Origin: Botryllus schlosseri
Lineage: Eukaryota
DNA length: 64,000 bases
NCBI GenBank assembly: GCA_051294905.1
Contig: CM119372.1
Location: 25,298,001 to 25,362,000 of the forward strand
Direction: 5' to 3'
The notes under the pieces were generated by a model that was not told where the DNA came from, made no database searches, and saw only the letters and a program-made list of their open reading frames with translations. The position numbers and the translations under genes were made by a program. Below are positions 12,901 to 24,479 of the stretch, piece after piece (position 1 is the first letter of the stretch; the number at the start of each line of letters is the position of its first letter).

Positions 12901-15900
12901 ATCGCTAAAATTCCTACTTTATGCTGGTAATTATTCTACAATGTTGTGATGGTGTTGACACTACCAAAATTTCAAAAAGACAATTTGCCACGTCCTTGAT
13001 TGACCACATAGCTGCGAAGGAAGTAAACTGGCACCTTTTGATGAATATATTTGTGCGCAAACTTCTGAATTGGAACTCCGTCGACGCGCACGGCACCCGA
13101 GCTAGTCTGATAGAAGTGTTGAAGCAGATTCACGCACGTGCTTTTACCGCCACCGCTGGGTCCAACCAGAGCGGTCACCTGACCTGGTTGGGCCACGAAA
13201 GATAGATCCTGTTGAAAATATAACGACTGAATATATCATAGATATGACACACGACATCGGAGCAATGGACTGTTAATTTCCTTTGCAACTCACAAAAATT
13301 AGGTGCCATGAATATTCGTAGGCTCATTTACGCGTAATGCTGCCTTACCGTAGCATACAATGTAAGTGTGAAAAGAATGAGCCGATTCACTGTCGATTCG
13401 TATCAAATAGTAAATGTTTCGCTCAAATTCAATAAAATCCATGCTTTTTTATATTCATTTTATCGACTGAAATTCAGTGCTTTTAGCAGCGAAAAATTGT
13501 ATCTTGAAGGCATCGCCTGTGCACAGAGCCTCAACGGGAAGACATTTCTTCATAAAATTTAGAAGTCGGCAAAACTTTTGCATATTATGGCGACTTCATT
13601 AGTGCAAAGCATGACGTACCAGATGGTCAGGATCATGTGGATCATTCGGTTAATGCGGAGGAGCATCGACCGACACAAAAGCACCGTAAGTGCTTCCATA
13701 CGATATTGCTTCAAATTGGGAAGGATCTTCGAGTGTGAGAGCAAACAGAATGAAACAATTAATATAGCAAGAGATCAAACTGAACTAAAACTTCACGTTA
13801 ACCAAAATTCTGATGCCAAACCAAAGACTACCTGCAGATGCAGCCTAACCCTATACAACAACATACAGAGTATGATGGCTGATAGGTGTATTTTCACTGT
13901 TAAGCAAGTGGGTCATAGCCTACATTATAACGTAAGTCTGATGGAATGATGGTGGAACAGTGAGATAAAAATTTAGAAGCAACTTGGAGCAATGAAATGA
14001 CAATAGTCGTGATTTCCATTACCAGACATGGCAACAGAATTCTGTAGCAACTTCAAACTTAGCACCAACCATCCGGCCAATATAAAGTAATTTCCTGTTA
14101 CCAAACATATGGCCTATAATATATTAGCGCGCATAGTCACATACCTTGAGTACACGCTGATCAGGCCTTGAGGGATAAGAGAACGACACTTTATCAAATT
14201 CAATGTGTCCAGAAAGTTCGTCGGGTTGAAAATCCCCGGAGTTCAGATCAATTTCAGGTTCCCGTTCGATCAGCTCAAACACCTTTTCAGAGGCCCCCAG
14301 TGCTTGCATGAGACCTACACATAATCAACAATTATGGTTGTTAATTTCATACCAGTAGGTATGTTCAGTACAATATACAGCAACTACAAACAGTCAATGA
14401 CCCGGCGACCGGTGCGTGGCAGACCAACAAATCCCCTGTTCCCACAATAGTACTGTTTTTTCAAAATGGAATCCAGCTCCACCCGCAATCAGTAAAAGTG
14501 TGAATCCGGCTCAGATCAAAATTTTTTTACAAAGCCCAATATTCATTCCAGCTCCATGTGCCCAGCACCGCACTAAGAAATACGTACTCCACATAAAGGT
14601 AGTCAGCATTCTATTACCGGTACCCTACTGGTATCATTATATATCACGACCATCTTGACTTATGACCGGTCTAATACCCTTTGTTATAGTTTGTATGATG
14701 CGATTATAATGCGCATGAGCACTAACAGCGACTGTCGCATTGAGCCTTCTGACACCATTCAAATATTGAAACAACAGCGTGCAGTCGGTTTTTGCTATTC
14801 CGCTATTCAAACACAGCTCGAAACTAGTTGAGGAAACTATCTCACTGCATCAGCAAGATGAAAGGAAATTTAGAAAGGCTGTGGTAAGATAATGTAATGT
14901 TTGGTTATTAAAGTAATGGTCGCCTACAAGCTATAATCATAACAACATCTAACTTGTCACTGAAATGAAGAGACGTGGCTAAAAATTCACTAAAAAAAAC
15001 ACAGGCTACTAATTGCAATAAAATTGCCAACGAGAAAAATTGAGCTTCCTTGAAACTTAATTCAAAAGCCGAATGAGTCAGATACAAGGCTTACTTAAAG
15101 TCGAGAATGAAAAGGTTCCACCAAAGAACAGCGACATTGGATTTTCTATTTGTGAAGAGCCAACAATACTTTCAAAATACATGACTAATAGAAAGGGGCT
15201 GATAGTTTTACGAAGTAGAGCGATTTCAAAATTCCATTCCATGATTGTGATACAGCCACCACATTGCCTAATCATTACGATTCCATGCTGAGAGCCTCAA
15301 AAGTAAGTAGAGAAGTCTTACACAAGTGCTCGGAGAAATTAGAAGCACAACGTTAATGACATGGAAACAAACTTACCGGTGTAGACAGTTCCTATACTTG
15401 ACATACAATCACCCAAAGTCAGTTGGTACAGAATGAACGAAATTAGATTCTGGCTTTTCATCAAATCGGTCATGACAAGGTGACCTCCGTACCACAATGT
15501 GCCAGTGACTAGAGCAAGTTCCGCAATCTGTCAAAACAGTCTGATTTAAGAGGTGTTTCATTAGCTCGAAACCTTGCAAATTGTTGGAAAACCGGATACA
15601 TAACAGGTAATTATAAATTAGGTTGTAAGAGAGGCATTTTGAATTTTTGGGAGTATTCAAGTAGGCTTCGTAACTTTCATCCTTACCCAAGTGATTATAT
15701 TTCAAAGACTACAGTTTTGGGATAAAGAACTTACTTTTTATGCTCGGGATTTAGAAAAGTAGTTTGCAAATAAGTTTGTATCATTTTGATACCGGTAGGA
15801 GAAATTGTGATAAGAACCATGTGAAACAGCCTCACGGTAACTGAATGTTTTTCGAAAGATTGCACTAATTTCTAGCGTCCTTAGACATTTTGTCTCAAAG

Positions 15901-18900
15901 ATGCGTCTTGCTATTGCAAAGTATCCACCTCTGATTAACTCCTATAAGTATGCGCCCCCTCGAAAAAACCTTCACTTGAAACTACCAACATGAGTATTTT
16001 TTTTCAAACTGTCCTTTTCTACTTCCTCTTGATGTCTTCGAAATGCTACTTCTATTTGTAATTAAATAGAAATTTATGACATTATATCCATTTGAATACT
16101 GTAGTTGACTACTTTGGTCATCAATTCTATTGTCATAACAGCATTGACTTGACTATGATATTTTCTGCGGTAAGAGATAATCCAGACTGGATTATTTGGA
16201 CGGGATCATCACATCCTTGTGAAAATGGAACATTGACCGTAATTATAGGATTCATATATGATTGAGAAAAAAATTTGATTAGTTACTCTTCATCAAATAC
16301 ACAGAGAACTAAAGAGAGACTATAAGTAGCCTACTATCAATTAGAAATTTGACATTCATGATGCAGCTCTAGCTATTTTTTAGGAATCGGAACCTTGACT
16401 ATGGAATGTATTTACATCCATCTTGGCGGTATATTTTACAGAAACCTTGTAAAAGGTTGATTAAATTCTCGCAATGCGGGGAGCTTACATTTCAGATTTC
16501 AATTAATACATCATGGATCAAGTAAGGTAGGTTCTATAACACCAGGCAATGAAGAAGCACTGCCACCCGATGCAACTTGCCTCAGTGCTCGACATGTATC
16601 CTGCATATGCAAAGGCTTGCTTCTTTTTTGCACCATACACTTCATCCATCTTCATGGCATAGCGCTCTTTTTCTCCATTTTCATTGGCAAAACTGCGAAC
16701 GGTCCGCATTGTGGATATCACCTCTTCAGCTACTTCATTTGCCGATGCGAATGAGTCTTGCACTTGCTTTTGCAGTTTCTAACAAAGGTTTATTATATAA
16801 TTACTAGCTGATACTTTTCATCGGTCCTTACCTCCTCAGCTTAGCAATTCAATATTGTGATTTTATGATACTAATGATCTCTTGTGCTACAAAACTGTAA
16901 GCCTATCCTTGACCATTATCACTATACCAGTAAGGTCTGGGTCCGCGGTTCTAACCTTTTTCGACTCATCGCCCCCTTATCAAGCTCGACACAAATTTTC
17001 GCCCGCCATATTTACGAATCCGAATAAGATGACATAAAAACGGGAAATTATTCACCTAACTCTGATATCTGGTGAGTTGACTAAAAAAAGGGTAATCATT
17101 CCGAAACGGTGCTTGGAAAACCGGTTTCCACGACTACTTTCCGTTGGATTGACCTTTTTTTCAATCAATTGTCACGTCATACACAGAATAAGCCGTCTTC
17201 ACATGCATTTTTCGGCCGTATTATGAATCTCATTGAATGTTGTAACATTTTCTCCCACCATCATCCACTTTGGGTATTCTCGCACCCTTGTTTCTCAAAA
17301 TCGCCCACATTGACAACCACTGGTTCGTTGAGAACCTACAACAGCTTGCACCGATTCATTCACAAATCTCAAAGCAAGACTACATGTGACAAAATACCGT
17401 ACTAGAAATCTTACGCACCTTGTAATAAGCCCCATATAGTTTTGATATCCCAATTACGATGGGCAGGCCCATGAAGGTTGCGACGGACAATCTCCAAGAC
17501 AGCAAAAACATGAAAACACAGGTCCCAATTCCTTTTACAATGCTTCTCAGAAAGACGTTACAGTTCAGGCCGATCATGTCGCTCATTGTACTTGTGTCAG
17601 AAGTCAAACGTGACAGTATATCACCTAAAACATGAAATACATTCCTAATTGTTTCTGAAGAAATTCTACATGCCTAAGACTGACCTGTTTTGTTTTTGTC
17701 ATAAAACGCAATGTCCTGTGTTACCAGCGATTTGAAAAGGTAATTCCGAATCCGAATATTAAATCTGGCGATGGCTAGAACCATCAGTCCTCCTCTGCTT
17801 CCCGCAAAGACAGCAGCCGCTACCGTGATAGCCGCCATTATAATGATGTTTGTTGTGAATGCATCATAGTCTCGATCTATCGCAATGCCTGAAAGAATAT
17901 GCGAATGAAATTGTAAATTCCAGAGCATGATTCCAAATTGACGCCCTATAAAGGGGAATTTCAAGTGTGAATTTCATTATTTTAATATTGAATTTATTCA
18001 GTAAAAATATCAATATTATGGATTACAAAATTACTACTGATAACTTTACTTAACAATTAATTAATCCTAATCATAAGCTACGTCAAATTTCTTTTGCATT
18101 GTTTTTGTAGACAACTCAACAATTTCATGGCGTCGACAGTAAGATTCATGTTTTTAATGTTAATTTTTGTTTATTTAATTCAAAAACATCAATTCTATCT
18201 GTGGCGGCTTCTGCCGATTGGAATTGAGTTAAATTTGTTGCGCAGCCTTTTTTCAGGCAACCTAACAATTTAGTCAGTGAATCCCCAGGAATCCAGGAAA
18301 AAAAGTTATTTTTAACATCCCTAATATACATAGGCCTATCCACAGTTGAAGGTAGGGGTGGATGGAAAATACATACCGTAGCCTAATAGTGACACCACAC
18401 CAGTTAGGGATTTATTTTCTCTGCACTACATGTTGGCCGTCGCAAACACGATTCATACTACATCGTCAGTTTGCGAAGTAGATAGCGCATTGTTGTACTG
18501 TGATGAAATTGTCGGAATGTTAGCCAACAATGAGTGAGGTAAATCCACTGTTGCCTCACGCTCGCCTGTTTATTGTTTCTATAAGCTGGATTATTTTCGG
18601 AATTAATCCGACCCGATTGATAACAGTTAGGCTATTATAAATTATGAGCTGTTCATGATGAATTGAACTATCACAGGTGAGGTGAGGCTTGGCTCATCTG
18701 TGCCTCACTAATCATTTTGGGCTATATTTTTCAACAATAAATATGCAAATTCCGTGATTTTGGGTTTAAAAATGTTTAAAATTTGAACGTCGATGGAAAA
18801 CACCAATCATCATTGGCGATTGACGTTGTGATCATTGTCTTAATCACAGCCTAAGCTAACCACATGTTCACTTAAACCAGTCATGAATGTAATTTATAAT

Positions 18901-19881
18901 ATTTTTAGTCAACACTCACGCTCGGGAAGGAAAAACAAGCATGTAGGCTACTGCAATAACGGTGTTTTTACCTGGGCAATTATGACATTAGATTTGTTGA
19001 ATAATATTGACAATTGATATGACGGATATCGATATTTTTGGGAAATCTGATATCATCCAAAAATAGCCAATCCAATACGATACCTATCCAAAAACTCACA
19101 CAGGCTTGATCCCAATATACAAATAAATATAAATACCTGAGATGACTCTTCCTGTAAATAACGGGATGAAAGCTTCCGCAATCGCCGCCGCAAGAAGAAA
19201 CATAATGGCCGGTAAAATGAGGCAGATGTCTTTCTTTGAATAGGACAACATTTTTCCGATTGTGACTTTATTGACCAGTTCCGAAAACTTCTTTTTCTTC
19301 TTTTCATCATCGTCTTTTTCCCCGTCAAGTTGATCGTCTGTAGTCTCGGAGCTATCATTGATTGATACTGATGTACCAGCATCCTTTTCTCCTAGTAATG
19401 GAGATCTTTCGTCGTCCAAAGGAACTTGTGCAACCGACGATTGGGATGGGATATTAGTTTTGTGCAATATCGAAAACACATAGACATTCAAAACAGTGGC
19501 CACAATGGACCATGCAAAGTTCATCCAAAACCATTTCATATTAGGGTCGTGGTTGGCGAATGTGCTGTATTCCGAGTACACTAGTAGTTTAACCAATAAA
19601 TAGAGAATGGCACATACAGCCAGCATAAATATAGAATCTGCAAGTGCCAATAACTTGGCACGTCCATTAGCAGGATTGCATAATAGTCCCAGCACAGCTC
19701 CGAATAAAGTACAAGTTCTCCATATTGCCAGTAGAAAAAAGTCCAGCCCTGTGGATCCAACGTATTTCTCGCGTAATTGCAGGATGAAGCAGCTCCAATC
19801 TGAACCATTAGAAATTAATACATAGGTGGCAGCTACATCCAACAAAACTAGCAAAAAAGCTAGCAGAATTGCCTTTGCCAT
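9951..19881 (-). CDS. ABCB9: ABC half-transporter subfamily B member 9 (TAP-like, lysosomal peptide transporter), 12 exons, ~843 aa
   Basis: Exons (minus): 19137-19881, 17685-17888, 17419-17624, 16581-16778, 15377-15527, 14145-14314, 13035-13208, 12279-12444, 11088-11224, 10971-11029, 10796-10915, 9951-10152 = 2532 nt, all phases consistent. N-terminal TMD0 has D15/D47/R55, matching recalled human TAPL D17/D49/R57. Core TMD motif [10 protein letters not shown], Walker [11 protein letters not shown]-loop VGQEP, signature [15 protein letters not shown], Walker [14 protein letters not shown]-loop IAHRLST. Confidence 0.93.
11580..12030 (+). repeat. Repeat family J fragments in ABCB9 intron 8
   Basis: gagcttcttg...aacttcaatatacaattgaatagtgtattcatattgaaatgaa...tgacactcgtcaggggtaatcgtcagcaactag matches the arm at 55445 and the remnant near 61725-61950. 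Confidence 0.7.
16884..17322. mobile_element. Degenerate Charlie-type hAT MITE in ABCB9 intron 3
   Basis: Ends (c)cgcggttctaaccttttt...cgcccacattgacaaccactg with cgcccc subterminal motifs; TSD unclear. Confidence 0.45.
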
Positions 19882-20196
19882 GGCAAGGATTGGTTAGGAT
19901 TAGGTTGATCTGAAAAGGAATAAAGTACACCATAAATCATGGGCATCAATCGTTTCAGTTTCATATATACCTAATAGGACTATCGATCCTAGCATTGCAT
20001 CATCACATGCTGCAGATAACAATTAGGAGATCAAACACAATCTATTATACCATTTGTTTAAAAAGCTTTGGAAAATGATATAGAAATAAAAAATTAATCA
20101 ATAACAGATCTAGGCCTATACAAGTTTGAAACATATTTCACTAATTAAGATGAAATCGACTGAATCTAGAACCTTCCAGTCAATAGTCGTTGCATA

Positions 20197-21129
20197 TTAC
20201 AGCTTTGAAAATTCAACCTTTGACATAGGTTGCTTTGTCATCATCGCCTGCACTGATTTTAGAATGTCTTCAGTCTGTAGCATTGCCGCATTCCAAGTCG
20301 CCATATACTCCAAGCCTTCCGTTGTGGTGTGATCACGCGAATAGTTGAGATGGATTTTCGTGCCTTGCACAGCAACTGGACTTTTACTAGCGATGGTTTC
20401 CGCCATCTCTATAGCACTAGCGATCATTTCATCTTGATTTTCGTAAACTCGGCTAACAAGTCCCACCTTTTCTGCTTCGGGTGCTTCCATTTTTCTAGCT
20501 GTGAAGCATAATTCACGTGCTAAACTGTCGTTACCGATTACTTTAGGCAGTCTCTGAAGTGTTCCAATGTCAGCTGCTAGGCCAACATCAACTTCTTTAA
20601 CACAGAAGTATGCGTCTTTGGTACAGATACGAATGTCGCATGCAGTTGAAAGATCGACACCGCCACCGATACATGCATTATGCACTGCAGCAATAACAGG
20701 TTTTCGGCACTTTTCCACCACCGAAATGCTCTCTTGGGCAAATCGGATGAAGTCCAAGAATCTGTAGGCATTCCGAGCAGTATCAAGATCAGGGTCGGTA
20801 ACCAACGAGCCTGCCGCTGCCATGAGATCTAAGCCGGCTGTAAACACTTTACCTCTTCCAGACAACACAACAGCCCGTACCGACGAGTCGGAGGCTGCGG
20901 AGTTGAAGCATGATATCATTTCATGCCACATTTCATTTGTCATGGCATTGAGTTTCTCGGGTCGATTCAGCTCCACGTGTAAGACAAAATTCCTTGGAGA
21001 TGATACATGCAGAGTCTTGAACTGGTAGTTCTTGTCATCAAATGACTGGGACGATACATTACGAGTGGCAATGGCTGGTTTCAAAGTTTTCTCTATCGCC
21101 AACCGTGTTAATCTTGCGGATGACAGCAT
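20197..21129 (-). CDS. ECH1: Delta(3,5)-Delta(2,4)-dienoyl-CoA isomerase, mitochondrial/peroxisomal, intronless, 310 aa
   Basis: Crotonase-fold motifs LNRPEKLNAM, FTAGLDL, CIGGGVDL and VKEVDVGLAADIGTLQRLPKVIG (ECH1 catalytic Asp/Glu/Asp). Arg-rich N-terminal presequence and C-terminal PTS1 SKL. Confidence 0.96.
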   Translation of the reverse strand: MLSSARLTRLAIEKTLKPAIATRNVSSQSFDDKNYQFKTLHVSSPRNFVLHVELNRPEKLNAMTNEMWHEMISCFNSAASDSSVRAVVLSGRGKVFTAGLDLMAAAGSLVTDPDLDTARNAYRFLDFIRFAQESISVVEKCRKPVIAAVHNACIGGGVDLSTACDIRICTKDAYFCVKEVDVGLAADIGTLQRLPKVIGNDSLARELCFTARKMEAPEAEKVGLVSRVYENQDEMIASAIEMAETIASKSPVAVQGTKIHLNYSRDHTTTEGLEYMATWNAAMLQTEDILKSVQAMMTKQPMSKVEFSKL

Positions 21130-21590
21130 AATGCAGCCGGTGTACTATATAGCGATATGTTCTGTTGCATCATTGAGATAACATACCAATATACCATTAA
21201 TCAACAAACTACAAGAGCCATGTTTTCAGCCCGGATGGATTTAAATAGGCAATATCACCGATCTAATAAGACATTTTAACGATGTCACAGCATTCTTTGG
21301 TGGTGTACCAATATACTATATTGAGGGTTTGGTAGGTTAGGGTTGGGTTATAAAACCAGGAAGTTGCGTAATATCAGGGATTGGTTATCTATAGGTTGGG
21401 TTGGGTTTTAGTTCATACAGATAGCAGGAATAATATGTTGTGTCCGGGGTTAGCGCTAGTTAACAGGTTATATAGGATAGGTAGGGGTTCCATAACCTAA
21501 CCTGCTATAACCAGAACCAACCTCCGAGCTAATTCAGCCCGGAACCAAATTCTTAGACCAACTCAACTCCTTTAGTAACCTAAATAAACC

Positions 21591-22302
21591 TACAGGGTTG
21601 GTGCGATGACATGCAAAATAAGGTCAAAAACATGCAAAATAAGGTCAGTAGCGACATGCAAAATAAGGTCAGTCACATGCAAAATAAGGTCAGTCGCGAC
21701 ATGCAAAATAAGGTCAGTCCGCGCATAAATCCAAATCTATACTTCAATTACAAATCCAACTTTTTTCTTATGAAAAATAAATTCAAAATATCTTTCCTGT
21801 ATAGCAGCCTACTTTCAACATTGAAATTCCTTATCTATATCCTAAATCCGGAGATGTTTCAATCAAAAGATAATCATGATTATCTTGATTACGAAGTCAG
21901 TCGCATGTGGAATATTATTATCAGTCAGCGCATAAATCCAAATCCACACTTCAATTACAAATCCAATTCTTTTTTTTATGAAAAATAAATTCAAAATATC
22001 TTTCCTATATAGTAATTTCATGATTGACATTCCCCATCTATATCCTAAATCTGAAGATGTTTCAACAAAATGTAATCAGACGATTCCTACGATTACGGGG
22101 TGAGTCGCATGTAGAATATTAAAAGTCCGCGTATAAATCCAAATATTTACTTCAAATCCTACTTTTTTCTTATGCCACTGACCTTATTTTGCATGAGACT
22201 GACCTTATTTTGCATGTGACTGACCTTATTTTGCATGTCGCGACTGACCTTATTTTGCATGTTTTTGACCTTATTTTGCATGTCATCGCACCAACCCTCC
22301 TC
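21591..22302. mobile_element. Foldback/Mutator-like element with tandem-repeat TIRs
   Basis: Inverted ends of ~125 bp (AGGGTTGGTGCGATGACATGC...), each built from 5 copies of CATGCAAAATAAGGTCA. Internal ~200-bp direct repeats start cgcataaatccaaat. 9-bp TSD AAATAAACC (21582-21590 / 22303-22311). Confidence 0.85.
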
Positions 22303-22815
22303 AAATAAACCTCCAATATATCCCCGAATCGAATGCCAGCCTAAGCTTAACGAAGTCCTGAGCATACACTTCATTACCAGCGTATCCTAACGTGACATCG
22401 TTATATGTGCTGTGGTTTATTATACCCATGAAGCACGCACTAGAACATAAGTACATTAGTACAGTATATTCCACGACATGCTATACCGTACCATATGATC
22501 TCCTAAAACGGGTTTTCGTTTGGGATTCTGAGAGTGTACCATGTCACGGTTCTATGTCGGTTGGTAAAGCTTAGTCGTTGAAACATTTGCACACAAAATC
22601 AACTTCACACCGGGAACTGCAACCGATCGTCAGCGCGAGCCTAACGAAGCACCGGGCCTGCCAGACTTGCAAAACACGGTATACTCCAACCATATTTCAG
22701 ATATTTATACGATGTGTACGACGTACCTTTAAAATATTGCGCAACCTAATAAATATTGTTGATCATGATTTGCACGTGCGATCATGCGTGACATTACTTT
22801 TGCATCATATGGAAT

Positions 22816-23089
22816 CAGAGATGGGCGGATTCCAAAATTACGGGATCCGAATCTATCCGGATCCGGCTGGCAATTGGAAATTCAGAGTCCGAAAAAATCC
22901 GGCTGGTGAATGTCCAGTTCGGAATCCGAAAAAATCCTACCAGAACAATGCTAATGAATCATATTGCAGCAAAAAAATCCGGCTAAAATCCGACCGTCAC
23001 CACAAATTCAAAATCCGGATCCAGTCCGGCCAGGTAAAAAATCATTGAAATCCTGCTCCGGCTCCTGAACCGGACTGTGGCCATCTCTG
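22816..23089. mobile_element. hAT MITE family F, copy 1
   Basis: TIR CAGAGATGG...CCATCTCTG, ATCCGG-rich interior, perfect TSD TATGGAAT. Confidence 0.9.
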
Positions 23090-23649
23090 TATGGAATGGG
23101 ACCAATCCACTGAGCAGGGACATCTAGATACCCCTGATATCCCTGCCACTAAGCTATACAAACTTTAAACTGTCGAATGTTAACACGGAATGGCAACGAC
23201 CTATTTTGCAGCTTCCTTCCGCTTCGCGACCACGACCTAACATCGACCTCGCCCTCCGCCATATGCCACCTCATGTTGTCGCTTGCCTTTTATATTCTCT
23301 GTATTACTTTTCATTCAGTGTGCATGCCCCTTCTTTACTTCGCCTAGGCTAATGTGGGTGTCTGATATTAAAGGCTACTCCAAGTTGTTTCGACACCTTC
23401 CTATCTTTTCATTGTATCGAAGTCTTGTGGTGTTTTGAAACGATGAAAATATTATTAAACCTGATTGATTGATCGCTGAGGCTTCTTCAAGAATTATTTT
23501 GCAGCAGCGACTGTAAGATTTCTGGCAATCCAAAAGTTATCTTCCAGACCGCAGAATTTACTGAATCTGGTATGATCGAACGAAAGATACTGTCGCACCC
23601 ACTCCGACAATATAAATTAAAATATGAAGTCGAAGTAGCCCTACAGACT

Positions 23650-23945
23650 TAAAACGCACAAGGCCGTCGGCTATGTTTTACTGCGTGGACGTAGATCATC
23701 TCGAAATCGGCGCGTTACGGGTTTCGCGGCCCATCTCATGAAAAGTAACCTCACTGGACGCCAACAAATGGTTTGCAATCTCAAACACTTTGTCCTCTCC
23801 TCATCTGATGACCTGTTGGTGTACCCCATGTATCAGTACTTGGACCGGTCCTCTTCGCCTTATACCAACGACATCTATGAAACGCTGTTCGCTGACGATA
23901 CTTAACCTCCCTCTTCCGCATCTTCGACCGCAGAGCTGGATGCCC
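23650..23945 (+). pseudogene. Decayed CR1/L2-type LINE reverse transcriptase fragment
   Basis: Frameshifted translation gives YGFRGPS...MKSNLTGRQQMV...VPHVSVLGPVLFA.YTNDI...LFADDT, the typical non-LTR RT motifs (GVPQGSVLGP, FADD). Confidence 0.75.
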
Positions 23946-23966
23946 TGACTATATAGTGACCAAATG

Positions 23967-24215
23967 AGAGAGAAAGAGAGAGAGAGATGATATTATTTTT
24001 CGCCTGCACCATCGAGATGCTTTGACGACGGAGTTGCGATACGGCCCCATGAGGTCATTTAGTCTGCGCTCACATTTTTTTCTCCTCCATGCTATCCGCT
24101 AGCAGGATAGCTGCGGATACCAATTTTCGAGTCTTTGGTATGACCCGGCCGGGGATCGAACCCACGACCTACCTCTCGAGAAGCCGGACGCATAACCATT
24201 ACACTATCTCGCTCG
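23967..24215 (-). mobile_element. tRNA-derived SINE with (TC)n tail
   Basis: Minus strand: A box TAGTGTAATGG, B box GGTTCGATCCC, core ggtcataccaaagactcgaaaattggta (recalls the Meta/MESC SINE core, from memory), (TC)n tail. TSD GTGACCAAATG (23956-23966 / 24216-24226). Confidence 0.88.
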
Positions 24216-24479
24216 GTGACCAAATGCCCAAAGTGTATCCAAATATAATGCGATCGACCGGAAAGATCACCATCGATTTATCACATGGGTGGCCGACCTT
24301 TTCGGCCGAAGGGCCACATGCAATTAACGGACCATTGCGCGGGCCACTAGCCGCTCGAAGCGCGAAAATATTTCAAAGTTTATGAGTCAATAATATTGTT
24401 ACTTTGATATATTGCGGGTCCGCTGTATCGCTTGGCTCAGTTATCAAGGTCAAGACTATTCGGGGTCTCGGCTTATCCA

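Noticed and set aside
21611..22374. ORFs with MQNKV repeats, and a CRISPR-like look of the 17-mer array
   Set aside because: These are translations of tandem repeats inside foldback TIRs. The spacers are only a few nucleotides, there are no cas genes, and the context is eukaryotic.
24140..24215. Possible tRNA gene on the minus strand
   Set aside because: It is the head of a TSD-flanked SINE that has a second copy at 48360.
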